A stretch of DNA of 64,000 nt from Dehalococcoidia bacterium (GCA_963663895.2 CAXXRD010000002.1:1-64000); one strand, 5' to 3'; positions 1 to 10,855 are shown, counted from the stretch's first letter. The notes: generated by a model from the sequence alone, not told the origin. Numbers and translations: made by a program.

Positions 1-1
1 C

Positions 2-220
2 CACACCGAGCCGGTCATGACCGCCGGCCCCACTGACTCCCTAGAAAAGATCGTGCCGCTGGCGGCGCGGACGGAGCATCCGATCGCCGTGATCGACGAC
101 CAGGGGCGCCTGGTGGGCGAAGTCCATCGCAGCGCCTTGCTCGCAGGCATGGTCGAAGGGGGCGCGGACGCCGCCCACGCTGGCAGCGATGAGGAGAACG
201 GCCCATGGGAGAAGAAGTAG
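2..220 (+). CDS. proV: C-terminal CBS region of a glycine betaine/proline ABC transporter ATP-binding subunit (partial, runs off the 5' edge)
   Basis: CBS-like segment HPIAVIDDQGRLVGEV. It overlaps the start of a ProW-type permease and precedes a ProX-type SBP. Confidence 0.7.
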   Translation, partial: HTEPVMTAGPTDSLEKIVPLAARTEHPIAVIDDQGRLVGEVHRSALLAGMVEGGADAAHAGSDEENGPWEKK

Positions 221-1260
221 ACCGGTCCACGCCGGCGGTTGCCGGCGCAGGCAGGCGATCGGCGAGCGGAGACCCGGCCGCACTCATGGAACGGCTCGGC
301 CGTCTGCGGTGGTACATCGGCGGCGGCATTGCGCTAGTGGCGTGCCTGGCCGCGTGCCTTGCCGTGTGGGGTCCTGAAATGGAATTTCCCGCCGAATGGG
401 GCAAGCCGATCGGGACCAAGATCGACGAGTGGACCCTCTGGCTGACCGTCGAAGCTTCCTGGCTTTTCGACGGGATCAAGACGATCGTCACCAAGGTACT
501 CGTGGCAATCGAGGACTTCCTGCTGTGGCTGCCGTGGCCCGTGATCATCCTGGCAGTGGCACTCATCGCCTGGAAACTCTCCGGCCGCACGATCGCCGTA
601 CTTTCGGTCGTGTCTCTGCTCCTCATCGGGCTGATGGGTCGGCTCCCGGGAGGCACCAACACGCTCTGGGAAGGGTCCATGGAAACCCTGGCGCTCATCG
701 TCGTGTCGGTGGCGATATCCCTCCTGATCGGAGTGCCGATCGGCATCCTCACCTCGCGCAGCTCGCTGGCCGACTCCTTCGCGCGTCCCGTCCTGGACGG
801 GATGCAGACCATGCCGAGCTTCGTCTATCTCGTGCCGGGCATCCTCTTCTTCGGACTCGGCAACGTCCCGGCCGTCATGGCGACGGTGATCTATGCCATG
901 CCGCCGGCGATCCGGTTGACCAACCTGGGAATCCGTCAGGTGTCGTCCGACGCAGTCGAGTCGGCGCGGTCGTTCGGGACCACTCCCTTTCAGTTGCTTA
1001 TAAAGGTGCAGATCCCGCTGGCGTTGCCGACCATCATGGCGGGCATCAATCAGACCACGATGATGGCCTTGGCGATGGTCGTCGTGGCTTCGTTGGTCGG
1101 ATCGGGCGGCTTGGGCGAGGCCGTGCTGCGGGCGCTTGGCAGGCAGGAGGCCGGAAACAGCGCGATCGCAGGCCTGGCCATCGTGGCGATCGCGATCATG
1201 ATCGACCGCATTACGCAAGCAGTCGCCAAGGAGCGGCAGCGCGTCTTACTTGGCGGCTAA
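205..1260 (+). CDS. proW: Glycine betaine/proline ABC transporter permease
   Basis: Multiple TM helices; PVLDGMQTMPSFVYLVP and IRLTNLGIRQV...ESARSFG (EAA loop) typical of ProW/OpuAB; GAGGAG SD upstream. Confidence 0.9.
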   Translation: MGEEVDRSTPAVAGAGRRSASGDPAALMERLGRLRWYIGGGIALVACLAACLAVWGPEMEFPAEWGKPIGTKIDEWTLWLTVEASWLFDGIKTIVTKVLVAIEDFLLWLPWPVIILAVALIAWKLSGRTIAVLSVVSLLLIGLMGRLPGGTNTLWEGSMETLALIVVSVAISLLIGVPIGILTSRSSLADSFARPVLDGMQTMPSFVYLVPGILFFGLGNVPAVMATVIYAMPPAIRLTNLGIRQVSSDAVESARSFGTTPFQLLIKVQIPLALPTIMAGINQTTMMALAMVVVASLVGSGGLGEAVLRALGRQEAGNSAIAGLAIVAIAIMIDRITQAVAKERQRVLLGG

Positions 1261-1356
1261 GGAGGTGCAGACGAGTCGCGGGCGAAAGGGACTTTCTACT
1301 GCTTTCTGGTTTTCCAGTACTCTGCGGAAGAACAGGAATATCTGAGGAAAAAGGGA

Positions 1357-2394
1357 ATGAGAATGAGAAATCGCCGCACGAAGTCGCTACTGATGGTGGG
1401 GACGCTGCTGGCAACCGTGGCGCTGGCGGCTGCCGCTTGCTCGTCCGGCGCGGACGATGCTGGGGCCGATGCGGAAGAGGCTTCACCGAAGGAGACAATC
1501 ATCTTCTCCGACCTCAACTGGACGAGCGCACAGGTCCAGAACCGGGTCGCCCAATACATCGTCGAACATGGATACGGCTACCCGACCGACGTCATCTTCG
1601 GGGGGACGCTGCCCAACTTCCAGGGTCTGCAGACAGGAGATATCCACGTCACGCTCGAGATCTGGCTGCCGAACCAGGAGCTGGGCTGGGAAAAGGCTCT
1701 CGAAGTAGGCGACGTGGTGGAGGTCGGCACCAGCCTCGTGGGCGACTGGCAGAGCACGTTCGTCATTCCCAAGTACATCGCCGACGCGCACCCGGACCTG
1801 AGAACCCCGCAGGATCTGATGAAACCCGAGTACCAGGAACTTTTCGCTACACCCGACAGCCGCGGCAAGGCGCGTCTGGTCGCGTGCGTGCCGACGTGGT
1901 CTTGCTCGCTGGTCAACACCGAGCAGATCGAGAGCTACGGACTGGCCGACCACCTCCACGTGATCAACCCCGGCGATCAGAGTGCGCTCTACGCCGACAT
2001 CTACGCCGCCTACGAGAAACGGGAGCCATGGCTCGGGTACATGTGGGGCACGGGCGACCCGGGCTTGAAACTCGACCTGGTTCGCCTGGAAGAGGAGCCC
2101 TACAGCGAGGAGTGCTGGGCAGCCGACAAGGCCTGTGCCTTCGACGATTCGCTCGTTCTCGTCGCGGTGCACAAGAGTCTGCCGCCCCGTGCTCCCGAGG
2201 TGATCGAAATGTTTGAGAACTGGGAGTTCACGGTCGATCTCTACAAGAGCATCTTCCTGTACATCGACGCCAACGAGGGCACCGAAGCCTCCGACGCGGC
2301 TCGCTGGTTCCTCAACAACAACAAGGTTTGGGAGAGCTGGGTGACGCCGGAAGCCGCAGCGGCGGTGAACGCCGCGCTGGCGTCGGAAACTTAA
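1357..2394 (+). CDS. proX: Glycine betaine ABC transporter substrate-binding lipoprotein
   Basis: Lipobox-like AAAC; IFSDLNWTS, EIWLPN and ACVPTWSC motifs of ProX/OpuAC; follows proW. Confidence 0.88.
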   Translation: MRMRNRRTKSLLMVGTLLATVALAAAACSSGADDAGADAEEASPKETIIFSDLNWTSAQVQNRVAQYIVEHGYGYPTDVIFGGTLPNFQGLQTGDIHVTLEIWLPNQELGWEKALEVGDVVEVGTSLVGDWQSTFVIPKYIADAHPDLRTPQDLMKPEYQELFATPDSRGKARLVACVPTWSCSLVNTEQIESYGLADHLHVINPGDQSALYADIYAAYEKREPWLGYMWGTGDPGLKLDLVRLEEEPYSEECWAADKACAFDDSLVLVAVHKSLPPRAPEVIEMFENWEFTVDLYKSIFLYIDANEGTEASDAARWFLNNNKVWESWVTPEAAAAVNAALASET

Positions 2395-2471
2395 GGAAAG
2401 GGGTGGAGCAGCCGCACCGGCGGGTTCCGGGCAGCCCCTGCCTCGGCTTGCGCAGCGGGGATGAGTCGCGG

Positions 2472-4052
2472 CTAGGTCGATTCACTCACCCGAATCGGCC
2501 GGACGTGGTATCCCGTAGCGCCCTCGGGGAGGGGGTCGCGCCGCTCCATGATCTGCGGGACGCCGTCGCCGTCGATGGCGCGCACAACGAAACGATACGG
2601 CCCCGGCGACGCGGTGTAGTCGTACTCCCAACGCACCCAGCTGTAGTCAGAAAGCGCAGGATGGACGCGGGCGGCCCGCCATGTTTCGCCCCCGTCGAGA
2701 CTCACCTCGACGGCCTGGATGCCCCGGTCGCCGCCGAAGGCGACGCCTCGAAGACCCGCCGGCCCGGCCTGCACCTCCGCCATGCGGGCCGGAACGTCGA
2801 AGCGCGACATCGTCTGAATGAAGGCCGTCGACGACCAGCCGCGTTCGACCCAATAACCTGCGTGATCCTGGTCGAGAAGCGTGAGGTCGGTGATCCATTT
2901 CGGATTCTTCATGCCGTAGCGGCCCGGCACGATGGCCCGCAGGGGATATCCGTGCTTCCGCGTGAGCGGCTCATCGTTCATCAGCCAGACAAGGCGGACA
3001 TCCGGATCCATCGCCGCCGCCAAGGGCAGGCTCTCCGTGTAGTCGTCCGCGGACGTGAACCGCAGATGCGTCGCCTCCGGTAGCGGCCCCGCCAGCGCAA
3101 GCACATCGCGCAGGGCGGCGCCGGTCCAGCTCGCATTGCTGATGAGGCGCCCGCCGATGCGGTAGCTGATACACATCAACGTGTTGTAATCCCTGGTCAT
3201 GGGCAACGCCTGAAGATCCCCGAGTCGCAGCGTGCGCTCTTCCGATACGAGCCCATCGACCCGCAGGCGCCACGTCTGCAGATCCACATCGGGATCGAAC
3301 CCGTCGAGGTTCTTGGAGACGACGTAGAAATCGGGGGTAGGCGTAATCTCCGGCGACCAGATGCCGTCCAGGGCGCGCAGCACCCCCGTGCGGGCGGTCG
3401 CCGCAACCGACTTGCCGAGGTACCAGGCCGGCGCGCCGGCGGCGATGACCAGCGCCCAGGCCGCGCCGCCTGCGAGAAGCCGGCGCCGACTGAGCACCCG
3501 CGTGAGATCCGCCGCAGCCGGCTGTGGAGCCATCCCCGGAGTGCGCCGCCAGACCAGTGCGCGGCTGATCAGCTCTGCGAGCCCGCAGAACAGCACCGCT
3601 CCCACGCCGGTGAGCCCGACGAACGCCGCCCACTGCCAGCCCCGAACCGACGCGGTGTCCGCGGCGAGGGCGAAGAAGCCCGCGATCACGAGGAAAACCG
3701 CCGCGACGATCGCGGAGCAGCTCAGCGCGCGGCGAACCGTCATCCCGGCATCGTCCGGCTGGCGCCAGCGCATCGCCAGCAGCCATGCCGCGACGAAGAT
3801 CACGAACTGGAGCGCCAGGATCCCAGCGAAGGTGAACGCTTTGCCAAGTTCACCGACAAAGCTCATCAACCGTGACAGACCGCCGGGTGACAACACCGAG
3901 CTCGTGGCGTCGATCGCCTGGCTGGGGAGGTAGGGGATCTGGTAACTCTCCGCAACGTACAGCGTTATTGCCAGAACGGCCGTCGCCGCCGCCGCCGCGG
4001 GAATCGCGTCGCGCAGCGTCTCAAGAGAAACGAGGGAGCGAATGTGGCCCAT
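2472..4052 (-). CDS. Membrane-anchored molybdopterin-dependent oxidoreductase (sulfite oxidase/MsrP-like family)
   Basis: N-terminal TM helices, SRRRLL twin-Arg-like motif, Mo-ligand Cys in TLMCIS, HGYPLRAIVPGRYGMKNPKW and a C-terminal dimerisation domain (VEVSLDGGETW). Confidence 0.88.
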   Translation of the reverse strand: MGHIRSLVSLETLRDAIPAAAAATAVLAITLYVAESYQIPYLPSQAIDATSSVLSPGGLSRLMSFVGELGKAFTFAGILALQFVIFVAAWLLAMRWRQPDDAGMTVRRALSCSAIVAAVFLVIAGFFALAADTASVRGWQWAAFVGLTGVGAVLFCGLAELISRALVWRRTPGMAPQPAAADLTRVLSRRRLLAGGAAWALVIAAGAPAWYLGKSVAATARTGVLRALDGIWSPEITPTPDFYVVSKNLDGFDPDVDLQTWRLRVDGLVSEERTLRLGDLQALPMTRDYNTLMCISYRIGGRLISNASWTGAALRDVLALAGPLPEATHLRFTSADDYTESLPLAAAMDPDVRLVWLMNDEPLTRKHGYPLRAIVPGRYGMKNPKWITDLTLLDQDHAGYWVERGWSSTAFIQTMSRFDVPARMAEVQAGPAGLRGVAFGGDRGIQAVEVSLDGGETWRAARVHPALSDYSWVRWEYDYTASPGPYRFVVRAIDGDGVPQIMERRDPLPEGATGYHVRPIRVSEST

Positions 4053-4089
4053 GTCGTCTGCCCTCTATCAGGAAAGCACAGCCGCACTG

Positions 4090-4121
4090 TCAACGTGCAC
4101 TTGTCTTGTTAACGAAGGCAA
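4090..4121 (-). promoter_or_regulatory. Putative promoter of the Mo-oxidoreductase gene (TTGCCT-N18-CACGTTGA)
   Basis: Minus strand reads TTGCCT, an 18-nt spacer, then CACGTTGA, about 38 nt before the ATG. The same CACGTTGA element occurs at 19197 and 47779. Confidence 0.4.
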
Positions 4122-4316
4122 CCTGCTCTTGGATCTTCGCATTGAACCACGCTGATGCACGCTGATCCTCACGTACTGGCTAGTCTGCGATCATCGGTAC
4201 CTGCCGGAGTTCTCTCCGAACCCTGCGCCAGGCCAAGCCAAGGTGCACTGGAAGAGTAGACCGCCGCGCGGAAGTTGTCCCCGGACCGGAGATTGGGAAG
4301 CCGCAAGGAGGCAGGC

Positions 4317-5777
4317 GTGGCGAAGGTATTGGTCCTAGGCGCCTCCGGATACGTGGGAAGCCATCTCGTTCCGCGGCTGGTGGAGCGTGGCCACGCGGTT
4401 CGTGCAGCGGGACGCCACCGGGAAACGATCGAGTCGCGCGGATGGAGGGGCGTCGAGATCGTGCGCGCCGACGCCCTGAACCCGGACACGCTGACCGCCG
4501 CCTTCGACGGGGTCGATTTCGTCTACTACCTCGTTCATTCGATGGCGGCCGGGGCGGACTTCCCGCAGCGCGACCGTCGTGCAGCGGAGCACGCACGCCG
4601 TGCGGCCGAGCGGGCCGGAGTGCAGCGCACCATCTATCTCGGCGGTCTGCAGCCAAAGGAGGCCGCCTCGGCGCATCTCGCCTCGCGCCGCGAGACCGGC
4701 GCCGTGCTGCGCGCGGGCCCTGTGCCGGTGACCGAGGTGCGCGCCGGCATCGTCGTGGGGCCGGGCTCCGCCGCCTTCGAGGTCATCCGTGATCTCGTCT
4801 ACCACCTGCCGGTGATGGTGACTCCGCGCTGGGTTCGCTCGTTGACGCAGCCAATCGCCCTCGACGATCTGATCGAGTACCTCCTGCGCCTCCCGGAAAC
4901 CGCGCCGCCGGGAAGTCAGCAATACGATGCCGGCGGCCCCGAGGTCGTACGCTACCAGGACCTCCTGACCCGCTTCGCGCACGTGGTCAACCGGCGAGTG
5001 CGCATCATCCCGGTACCCGTCCTCAGCCCGCGTCTTTCCTCGTACTGGCTGGACTTGGTGACCGCCGTCCCATCAAGTATCGCCCGACCGCTCATCGACG
5101 GTCTGAAGCATGACCTGATCATTGATCCCGGCGCCGACCTTGGGACCTTGATCCCGATCGAGCTGCACACGTACGAGGAAGCGGTACGCGCCGCCCTCGA
5201 CGCCGAGCGCCGTGCGCGATTGCCGGCGCGCTGGACCGAAGGCTCGTTCGCGATGCGCGACTATCGCGCGGATGTCTCCTTCTACAGCCGCGGCGAACGC
5301 GTCGAGCGGATCTGCGAGGCGTCCCCCGACGCGGTCTGGCGAGTCGTCTCCTCGATCGGCGGCGCCAACGGCTGGTATTACGCCGACCTGCTATGGAACC
5401 TGCGCGGCCTCCTCGACCGCCTGCTCGGAGGTACCGGCCGGCGGCGGGGAAGACGGCATCCAACCCAGCTACGCGTCGGCGACGCCCTCGACTTCTGGCG
5501 CGTCGCCGGGATCCAGCCGGGGCGGCGTTTAACCCTCCTGGCGGAGATGCGGCTTCCCGGCATCGCCGTCCTCGAATTCGAGGTCGCGCCCGAAGGCACC
5601 GGCACGCGCATCACCACCGCAGCGCACTTCCATCCAGCGGGCACCCTCGGCCTCCTCTATTGGTATGCGCTGTGGCCGGTCCACAAACGCATCTTCACCG
5701 GCATCACGGACGCGATCGCCGTCCGCGCGATGCAGGCGACGCGCACCGCGCCGAGGAAGTCCTCAACCGCTCGCTAG
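4317..5777 (+). CDS. NAD(P)-binding SDR-family oxidoreductase with C-terminal DUF2867/SRPBCC-like domain (YbjT-like)
   Basis: GASGYVG Rossmann motif, YYLVHSM and C-terminal IGGANGWYY...DFWRV...AEMRLPG. GTG start at 4317 follows AAGGAGG. Confidence 0.88.
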   Translation: MAKVLVLGASGYVGSHLVPRLVERGHAVRAAGRHRETIESRGWRGVEIVRADALNPDTLTAAFDGVDFVYYLVHSMAAGADFPQRDRRAAEHARRAAERAGVQRTIYLGGLQPKEAASAHLASRRETGAVLRAGPVPVTEVRAGIVVGPGSAAFEVIRDLVYHLPVMVTPRWVRSLTQPIALDDLIEYLLRLPETAPPGSQQYDAGGPEVVRYQDLLTRFAHVVNRRVRIIPVPVLSPRLSSYWLDLVTAVPSSIARPLIDGLKHDLIIDPGADLGTLIPIELHTYEEAVRAALDAERRARLPARWTEGSFAMRDYRADVSFYSRGERVERICEASPDAVWRVVSSIGGANGWYYADLLWNLRGLLDRLLGGTGRRRGRRHPTQLRVGDALDFWRVAGIQPGRRLTLLAEMRLPGIAVLEFEVAPEGTGTRITTAAHFHPAGTLGLLYWYALWPVHKRIFTGITDAIAVRAMQATRTAPRKSSTAR

Positions 5778-6149
5778 CGGCCTTGGCCCGTCCCTGCCGT
5801 TCCGAGGGACAAGCTCCCCTCACAACCGACAGTCGCAGAGCCATCGGATGCAGAAGATCGCGCGTCGCTCTCACGAGCGAGTCGCCGCAACATCGCCACC
5901 AACCCAAACACCCACTCAGCAGATCGGCTGGCCTATCACGCAGCCAATCGGATACGCATCAGAATCGCCCACCCATCCGCCGAGGAGGAATCATCGCACT
6001 ATCAATTCAAGAGTGATACGCTCGACCGCAGGATGATGCTGCCAAATCAAGAACTTCAGATTGTGATCTAGATCGATCCGGGATGATTCTTAGGCTAGCA
6101 ATTCTATTTAGCAGCGGGTTCGGCGCGGGGGATATGGTGGAGGAATCTG

Positions 6150-7934
6150 TTGGTGAACAAATTACGCGAACGTAAGAGAGTAGGGCCATCTACCTATCGG
6201 GTAGTATGGATCGGGATAGTTGGCTTACTAACCGTTGCCTTGTTATCGGCATGTGGTGACGGATCACAATCCGCTCCCTCAGAGCAGCCGACCGACACAC
6301 CCGTGCCGACGTCAGAACCCCCGCCGGAGCCACCAGACTCCACACCAGCAGCGTCGTCTCTTCCTGCGACCCCGGAACCAGCCAGCGCTCCGCTCGATCG
6401 CGACTTCGTCATCGGAATGAACACCGTTTGGCAAGACCTGTTCGACAAGTTCACCACCTCCGAACAATCTTGCATTCGCACCGCGCTGGGGAATGAACTG
6501 CTGGCATCCGTGCTCGATCAACCTGTGATGGCCGCTCCCGAAACGCAGCCGTGGGAGGTGTCGATATTCGGCTGCCTGGAGCCGGAGGCAGCCTCCGATC
6601 TATTCCTGGCCGCCTTCACAAGCGAGTTGGAGGGGTTGAGCGAAGAGAACGAAGCTTGCTTGCAGGACTTACTCATTGATGCCGACATCGCCGGCATGAT
6701 CGCCAGCACGCTGCCGGACGCCGGTCCCGCCGACGCCCTGGCAGTGCAGGATCTCATGTTCGGCCTCTTGACTTGTCTTCCCGATCCATTCCTATTAGAT
6801 AGCTTCGCCCCGTCGCCGACTGATGATTCCTTGCTCTGGCAGTACTCCACCGATGGTTGGGTGGTTAATGCGCCAACCGTGGCCGGCGGCGTGGTATATG
6901 TTGGCTCGGACGACAATCATGTATACGCCATAGACGCGGAAACCGGCGCGCTATTGTGGAGCTTCCAGACAGGAGATGTCATCAGATCTACCCCAACCGT
7001 GACCGGCGGAGCGGTCTATATAGGATCCAACGACAATCTTATATATGCCCTCGATGCAGTCACGGGAGCGTTACTGTGGCAGCACGATACCGGCGACTGG
7101 GTGCAGTACTCCCCCACCGTCCGTGAAGGAATCGTCTATCTCGGCGCCCTGGCGGAGGGGGATCACAAGATCCACGCGCTCGACGCGGTAACCGGAGAGC
7201 CTTTGTGGGTCGCCGAGATGCCGCATCCCTTCACCCCCGAGTTCACCCCAACGGTCGCGGGCAGCCACCTCTACGTTCCCGGCGCGTTCGGCGAATTCCA
7301 CGCCCTCGACGCGGCAACCGGAGCGCTGGCCTGGAGCTTCGATACCGGGAGTGGCAGTACGGATCTCGCCCCCACGGTTTCGGGAGGAGTCGTCTATCTG
7401 ACGGTCGTTAATACGGCCTACGCGCTGGAGGAGTCGACCGGAGCGCTCATCTGGAGCTACGGAACGGAGAGGTTTCCCGCCAGGAGCTTCCCAGCCGTCG
7501 TCGCGGACGGCATCTACTACTTCTCGCCGGATGACCATCTGTACGCTCTCGACGCCGCGACGGGAGAAGTGCTCTGGTCCTACCAAGCGGACGCCATGAT
7601 CAGCACAAGCCCTCTCGCCGCCGATGGCATGGTGTACGCGGGATCGGAGGCAGGCAGCTTCTATGCCTGGGACGCCGCCAGCGGCGATCTGATCTGGAGC
7701 CATCAGGCAGGGGAGCCGGCGTTGGATTCACCGACGGTCGCCGATGGCATCCTGTACGCCGAATCCACCGACGGTCATCTTCGCGCCCTGCACGCCGCAA
7801 GCGGGGAGCTGAACTGGAGCTTCCAGAAAGGCTATTTCTCGGGCATCCAAGCCTACACCGTCACCGGAGGCGTGTTGTACGTGAGCGCTCTGGACGGCGG
7901 CGTCTATGCATTCACCGCCCCAGTTGGAAAGTAG
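6150..7934 (+). CDS. Lipoprotein with Cys-patterned helical N-domain and PQQ-like (BamB-type) beta-propeller repeats
   Basis: Lipobox LSAC, Pro-rich linker, and about 9 repeats of PTV.GG.VY.GS.D...YALDA.TG...W. Confidence 0.85.
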   Translation: MVNKLRERKRVGPSTYRVVWIGIVGLLTVALLSACGDGSQSAPSEQPTDTPVPTSEPPPEPPDSTPAASSLPATPEPASAPLDRDFVIGMNTVWQDLFDKFTTSEQSCIRTALGNELLASVLDQPVMAAPETQPWEVSIFGCLEPEAASDLFLAAFTSELEGLSEENEACLQDLLIDADIAGMIASTLPDAGPADALAVQDLMFGLLTCLPDPFLLDSFAPSPTDDSLLWQYSTDGWVVNAPTVAGGVVYVGSDDNHVYAIDAETGALLWSFQTGDVIRSTPTVTGGAVYIGSNDNLIYALDAVTGALLWQHDTGDWVQYSPTVREGIVYLGALAEGDHKIHALDAVTGEPLWVAEMPHPFTPEFTPTVAGSHLYVPGAFGEFHALDAATGALAWSFDTGSGSTDLAPTVSGGVVYLTVVNTAYALEESTGALIWSYGTERFPARSFPAVVADGIYYFSPDDHLYALDAATGEVLWSYQADAMISTSPLAADGMVYAGSEAGSFYAWDAASGDLIWSHQAGEPALDSPTVADGILYAESTDGHLRALHAASGELNWSFQKGYFSGIQAYTVTGGVLYVSALDGGVYAFTAPVGK

Positions 7935-8036
7935 GGCCGTGGCTGCACGACCAAGACCTTCATATCGCACGGCGCCGATGCAGATGAAATGGCGTGCCGA
8001 CCAGCAGCGTTCTACCGTTCACTCCAGGAAAGCGCT

Positions 8037-9860
8037 ATGAAATCTCGCCCATCCCCAGACGGATCTGATCCCTTGCGCTTCGCGAAAACCCGTCTCAGAT
8101 TCGCCTTGGCGCCCGCCCTCCTGGCGCTGCTCTTGTTCACCGCCTGCGGCGAATCCACGCCGGAGCCGCCCGCAGACCCGCCTGCCGCACCTGCGCCGGA
8201 AACGACGCCCGCGCCGACGGACGCCGACGAGGAAACGAAGAGTCTGACCATCCTCTACTGGCAGGCTCCTTCCCTGCCGATCCCCTACCTCTCCGGCGGC
8301 ACCAAGGACACCGATGCCGCCGCCGTCACCCTGGAGCCCCTGGCCAACTACGGCCCAGATGGCCAGTTGGTGCCCAAGCTCGCCGCCGAGATCCCCACGC
8401 TCGAGAACGGCGGCTTCTCCCCGAACCTGACGTCGATCACCTGGGAGCTGAGAGAGGGGCTCAAGTGGTCCGACGGCAGCGACATGACGGCCGACGATGT
8501 CGTCTTCACCTGGCGCTACTGCGTGGACGAGGAGACGGGCTGCACCGCCGAGAGCGCCTTCACGGGCATCCAATCCGTTCAATCCCTCGACAGCCGCACC
8601 GTGCAGATCACCTTCGACGCGCCAACCTCCTATCCCTACACCGCCTTCGTGGGCGCCGGGCTGCCCATCATCAGCGGCCAGCAGTTCGCCGGCTGCATCG
8701 GCCGAGCCGCCGTGACCTGCGAAGCGCAAAATACCGCTCCCCTCGGCACCGGCCCCTACCGCATCGTCGAGTTCACGCCCAACGATCGGGCCGTCTACGA
8801 GCGCAACCCCTTCTATTGGGGCCCGGCGCCGTACTTCGACCGGGTCGTCCTCAAGGGCGGCGGCGACGCGGTTTCGGCGGCCCGCGCCGTGCTGGAGACC
8901 GGGCAAGCGGACTACGCCTGGAATCTGCAAGTGGAGCCCGAGATCCTCGCCGAGATGGAGGCGGCGGGACGGGGCACGATCGTCTCCGCATTCGCCAGCC
9001 TGGTGGAGCGCATCGTCGTCAATCAGACGAACCCCGACCCGGCCCTCGGCGACGACCGCGCCGAGTACCTGGACGGGGGCAACCCGCACCCGTTCCTGAC
9101 CTTCACGCCGATCCCGCAGGCGATGTCGATGGCGATCGACCGCAACCTCATCGCCGAGCAGCTCTACGGCTTCGCCGGCCAGCCCGCCTGCAACCTGATC
9201 ACGGCGCCCCCAAGCTATGTGTCAACCGCGAACGACGGCTGCCTCTCCCAGGACCTCGCGGGCGCCAACCGGCTGCTGGACGAGAGCGGCGTCCTCGACA
9301 GCGACGGCGACGGCGTCCGCGAATACAACGGCATGCCGCTGCGCATCGCCTTCCAAACCTCCACCAACGCCATCCGGCAGAGCACGCAGATGCTGATCCG
9401 CGATTGGTGGCGCCAGATCGGGATCGCGACCGAGCTGATCGACCACGACGCGGCACTCTTCTTCGGGGACGACCTGGGCACCAGCTCCTATCGCCGCTTC
9501 TTCGCGGACGTGCAGATGTACGCCTCGGACTCCGGCATCGACCCCCAGCAGTCCCTGACCGGTCTGACCTGCGAGCATATTCCGACGCGGGCCAACAACT
9601 GGGCCGATAGCAACATCGCCCGCGCCTGCAACCCCGAGTACGACGGTCGCATCGACCAGCTGGCCCAAACGGGGCCAGGGCCGGAGCGCGAGGCGCTGAT
9701 CAAGCAGCTCAACGACATCCACGTGCAGAGCTACTACGAGATCCCGCTCGTCAACCGGGGCCGGGTTTCCGCTCACCTCAACACCCTGCAGGGCGTCCGG
9801 CTCAGCGGCTGGGACAGCGATATGTGGAATATCGCCGAGTGGCGCCGGGAGGCTCCCTGA
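8037..9860 (+). CDS. Peptide/nickel ABC transporter substrate-binding lipoprotein (SBP family 5), orphan
   Basis: Lipobox FTAC; LREGLKWSDG..MTADDVVFTW and GTGPY motifs. No adjacent permease or ATPase genes. Confidence 0.88.
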   Translation: MKSRPSPDGSDPLRFAKTRLRFALAPALLALLLFTACGESTPEPPADPPAAPAPETTPAPTDADEETKSLTILYWQAPSLPIPYLSGGTKDTDAAAVTLEPLANYGPDGQLVPKLAAEIPTLENGGFSPNLTSITWELREGLKWSDGSDMTADDVVFTWRYCVDEETGCTAESAFTGIQSVQSLDSRTVQITFDAPTSYPYTAFVGAGLPIISGQQFAGCIGRAAVTCEAQNTAPLGTGPYRIVEFTPNDRAVYERNPFYWGPAPYFDRVVLKGGGDAVSAARAVLETGQADYAWNLQVEPEILAEMEAAGRGTIVSAFASLVERIVVNQTNPDPALGDDRAEYLDGGNPHPFLTFTPIPQAMSMAIDRNLIAEQLYGFAGQPACNLITAPPSYVSTANDGCLSQDLAGANRLLDESGVLDSDGDGVREYNGMPLRIAFQTSTNAIRQSTQMLIRDWWRQIGIATELIDHDAALFFGDDLGTSSYRRFFADVQMYASDSGIDPQQSLTGLTCEHIPTRANNWADSNIARACNPEYDGRIDQLAQTGPGPEREALIKQLNDIHVQSYYEIPLVNRGRVSAHLNTLQGVRLSGWDSDMWNIAEWRREAP

Positions 9861-9988
9861 CGGTACCCGTTTCCATCTGGAGAGCACGAAGGAGTCAGGG
9901 AAGCGGAGACAGAGTACGATCTGTGGCCGATGATCAGATGTCGGCCTAAGCGCGATCTCCATTAGGCCATGTACGGTGGTGCCGGGTA

Positions 9989-10855
9989 TCAGTTGGGGTG
10001 TGCATCGTGTGCCCGACGAATGAGGTCGAGCAAAGTTTCCCTGTGAGTGTCAATATCCTGCTGAGTGAGGCGGACTCCGTAGCGTCTGGAGTATTGGCTA
10101 TACCCCATGGTGTCGATCCCAACGCTTTCAAGTGTTTCATCGAGCTCCGTCGTATGGGGAATGCGGAACTGAGCGATTACGTGCTGCTTGCGAGGCCGGA
10201 ACGTGATGAAATTGCGAGACACGTAGTTGTTCTTCAGTCCGACGTAGTGCTTGTTGAAGTTGGGTTCCAGATCCGCTTCGACTAGCCGAATGAGTTCCAT
10301 CAATGCGTCGAGAACTTGCAGCGATTTCGTGGAACCCCGTCCTTTCTCCCAGTACGCGCGATCGACAACCGTGCCTTCGTCCTCTTCTTCCGTCGCAAGG
10401 CTCATGTGGTCGACTACGCGTGTTGCCACCAAAGTGAGGGCACCTTCGACCTTTAGCGCTTGGAGCTGAATGGCGACGATTGGGATGAAGCCGTTGAACA
10501 AGCTAATGACGTGGAGGAAGCGGCTCGTCACGTCCTCGGCGACGAGCACGGCGACATGCTCGTACTGCGGGTAGCGGCGCCGCTCGAGATCCCAGTATTC
10601 GATCGTGCGGATGATATGGGTTTCGTCCGTCGCGCCAAGTTGGATCTCGACTTCATAGCGTGTTGCGCTTTCCGGATCCGTGAGTAGCAAGTCGAGCCGA
10701 CCAGCTCCCGGCTGACGGCGCTCTACGTCCCGGACCGTCAGGTCGCCGAAACCAAGGATGGAAGGATCTTCGGTGAGTTGCCGCTGAAGCCAACGTTCAT
10801 TCAGTTCGTTGGAGCCCTTGAGACTTACTGGTATGGCGCGGTGGAGTTTCGTCAT
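9989..10855 (-). CDS. PD-(D/E)XK-like (NucS/EndoMS-like) nuclease domain fused to a DUF5655-like C-terminal domain
   Basis: ERWLQ...GRLDLLL...YEVEIQLG..DETHIIRTIEYW; C-terminal KHYVGLK...NFITFRPRK. Lower GC than neighbours. An alternative TTG start lies at 10870. Confidence 0.65.
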   Translation of the reverse strand: MTKLHRAIPVSLKGSNELNERWLQRQLTEDPSILGFGDLTVRDVERRQPGAGRLDLLLTDPESATRYEVEIQLGATDETHIIRTIEYWDLERRRYPQYEHVAVLVAEDVTSRFLHVISLFNGFIPIVAIQLQALKVEGALTLVATRVVDHMSLATEEEDEGTVVDRAYWEKGRGSTKSLQVLDALMELIRLVEADLEPNFNKHYVGLKNNYVSRNFITFRPRKQHVIAQFRIPHTTELDETLESVGIDTMGYSQYSRRYGVRLTQQDIDTHRETLLDLIRRAHDAHPN

